Positions 62,858-64,000 of a stretch of DNA of 64,000 bases are shown here, in pieces (within the stretch, counting starts at the first letter, position 1; each line of letters starts with the position of its first letter). Both the position numbers and the translations under genes were made by a program. The notes below the pieces were generated by a model. That model was not told the origin of the DNA. It did not search any database and saw nothing but the letters and a program-made list of their open reading frames with translations. The stretch is from assembly GCA_017858255.1 (NCBI GenBank), contig JAFMBV010000010.1:1006-65005 (forward strand), read 5' to 3'. This stretch comes from Bacteriovoracaceae bacterium (GTDB lineage Bacteria > Bdellovibrionota > Bacteriovoracia > Bacteriovoracales > Bacteriovoracaceae).

Positions 62858-64000
62858 ATGAAAGGAGCCCTTTCTCTCCTAATTCTGTTTAATTTCTCTG
62901 TATTTCACTCCTTTGCCCTACAGGCCCAGGATAAATTGATAACGGTACAGTCGATCTCTAGGTTAGAAATCAATAGTTCAATTAACCCCGCAACCCTGAG
63001 CTATTTAGAGTCCAGCTTTAAAAAGGCCAATCAAGAAAGTTCTGACCTCATACTTATTGAGCTTAATACTCCTGGAGGATTGGTAACAACAACCAAAGAA
63101 ATCCTTACTCTTTTTGGAAACTCAGACCGGCCTGTCGTTGTCTGGATTAAGCCTGAGGGTGCCAGCGCCACTTCGGCCGGAGCAATCATTGCATCGGGCT
63201 CCCACCTTCTTTTTATGTCTGAAGGAACTAATATTGGAGCGGCAACTCCCATTCAAATGGGAAAAGATATTGAAAAAGAATCTGATATGAGAAAAAAGGC
63301 CATTAATGATTTAGTGGCCCTGGTGCAAAGTCTATCCGAAGCTCGTGGACGCAATCCCAAACTCTTTGGTGAGATGATTGAAAAGGCCAGCTCCTTTAAG
63401 GCAAAAGAAGCACTCGAGAAAAACTTGGTTGATGGTATCGCCAATACCCGCAGTGAACTTTTTAGAAACCTTGAAGGAAGTAAACTCAGACTAAAAGGTC
63501 AAAATTACGCGCTAAAACTTAATAACCCTCAGATCACGAATATCCCTATGGATCTGGGTCAAAAGCTATTAAATGTTTTTGCCAATCCTTCCACCGCCTA
63601 CGTGCTGTTTCTCGTAGGCGCGGCGCTACTCTATCTTGAATTTCAAGCAGCAGGTGGTTTTATTGCAGGGAGTATCGGTGCCATTTGCCTGCTACTCGCT
63701 GGTATTGGTTTTCAAGTGCTCCCCTTAAACTTTGGCGCACTTGGATTGATTGTCGTGGCCTTTGTCCTCTTTATCATGGAAGCTTTCATCACTAGCTATG
63801 GCATTTTATCTATTGCTGGAGTGGCCAGCCTTATTGCTGGCTCTTTATTCCTCTTTAGAACGGATGATGCCTATATAAGTCTTTCTCATTCCTTAATTTT
63901 GGCCGTAGTCTCAGCGATTACCGCCTTCCTAAGTATTTGCTTATATCTCATCATTAAAGAGAGAAAGAATGTCGGCAAAGAAAAGTTTAATGAAACTGTG
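62858..64000 (+). CDS. NfeD-like membrane-bound ClpP-class serine protease (3' end runs off the window)
   Basis: Absent from the ORF track because it is open at the right edge. Hand translation from ATG at 62858 gives a signal peptide, 'LIELNTPGGLVTTTKEI...GASATSAGAIIASGSH...GTNIGAATPI' (ClpP-like), then several TM helices. Confidence 0.8.
   Translation, partial: MKGALSLLILFNFSVFHSFALQAQDKLITVQSISRLEINSSINPATLSYLESSFKKANQESSDLILIELNTPGGLVTTTKEILTLFGNSDRPVVVWIKPEGASATSAGAIIASGSHLLFMSEGTNIGAATPIQMGKDIEKESDMRKKAINDLVALVQSLSEARGRNPKLFGEMIEKASSFKAKEALEKNLVDGIANTRSELFRNLEGSKLRLKGQNYALKLNNPQITNIPMDLGQKLLNVFANPSTAYVLFLVGAALLYLEFQAAGGFIAGSIGAICLLLAGIGFQVLPLNFGALGLIVVAFVLFIMEAFITSYGILSIAGVASLIAGSLFLFRTDDAYISLSHSLILAVVSAITAFLSICLYLIIKERKNVGKEKFNETV

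Noticed and set aside
1-64000. Looked for CRISPR arrays, transposases/integrases, prophage genes, and tRNA, rRNA, tmRNA or RNase P genes across the window.
   Set aside because: I saw no regularly spaced direct repeats and no recombinase-like ORF. No intergenic gap has a tRNA-like cloverleaf or the length and conserved boxes of the larger RNAs. Done by eye only, so a tRNAscan/Infernal run would be decisive.

Overview
AT-rich bacterial chromosomal window (GC judged by eye, not computed), densely coding. I can support about 60 protein genes. I found no rRNA, tRNA, CRISPR array, transposase or integrase. All calls come from reading the ORF translations and the DNA by hand, so family names are motif-based and unverified, and hairpin coordinates are hand-counted.

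Gene content:
- Housekeeping: rpsO-pnp-dut, secA, trxB, mdh, a glpD-like gene, rsmI-like and THUMP RNA methyltransferases, and a pseudouridine synthase.
- A phosphonate ABC transporter (phnD, then phnC-phnE) interrupted by a secreted S1 protease.
- The prkA-yeaH-spoVR triad, opposite a PP2C phosphatase.
- A complete lower mevalonate pathway block: type-2 IDI, class-II-like HMG-CoA reductase, a GYDIA-motif GHMP kinase, diphosphomevalonate decarboxylase and mevalonate kinase.
- A U32 protein pair.
- An RpoH-box sigma factor with an acidic N-terminal extension.
- Many exported proteins of unknown function.

Tentative origin: the mix of secreted proteases (a C25 gingipain-like gene at the left edge and a trypsin-like gene), signal-peptide-only FecR-domain proteins, many small beta-barrel candidates and a mevalonate pathway suggests a Bdellovibrionota predator of the Halobacteriovorax/Bacteriovorax type. 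This is inference only.

Most interesting candidates for undescribed biology:
1. A four-gene exported operon at 8497-11360: a YHS protein, a di-CXXCH lipoprotein, YceI, and a porin-like protein carrying a CXXCH motif.
2. A FecR-domain plus beta-barrel module that occurs fused at 23058-24962 and split into two overlapping genes at 37741-39118. The split copy sits next to two paralogous barrel proteins at 39119-41803.
3. A polyacidic protein with a YbjQ-like C terminus, placed between secA and glpD.
4. A 2Fe-2S ferredoxin with a long charged tail at the end of the rpsO-pnp-dut string.
5. A U32 pair in which only one partner keeps the CX6CX15CX3C Fe-S motif.

Genome-architecture oddities:
- Six convergent gene pairs abut or overlap at their stop codons.
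- Twin perfect 12-bp hairpins lie at 11384-11472.
- A C-rich, G-poor repeat tract follows the ubiB-like gene.
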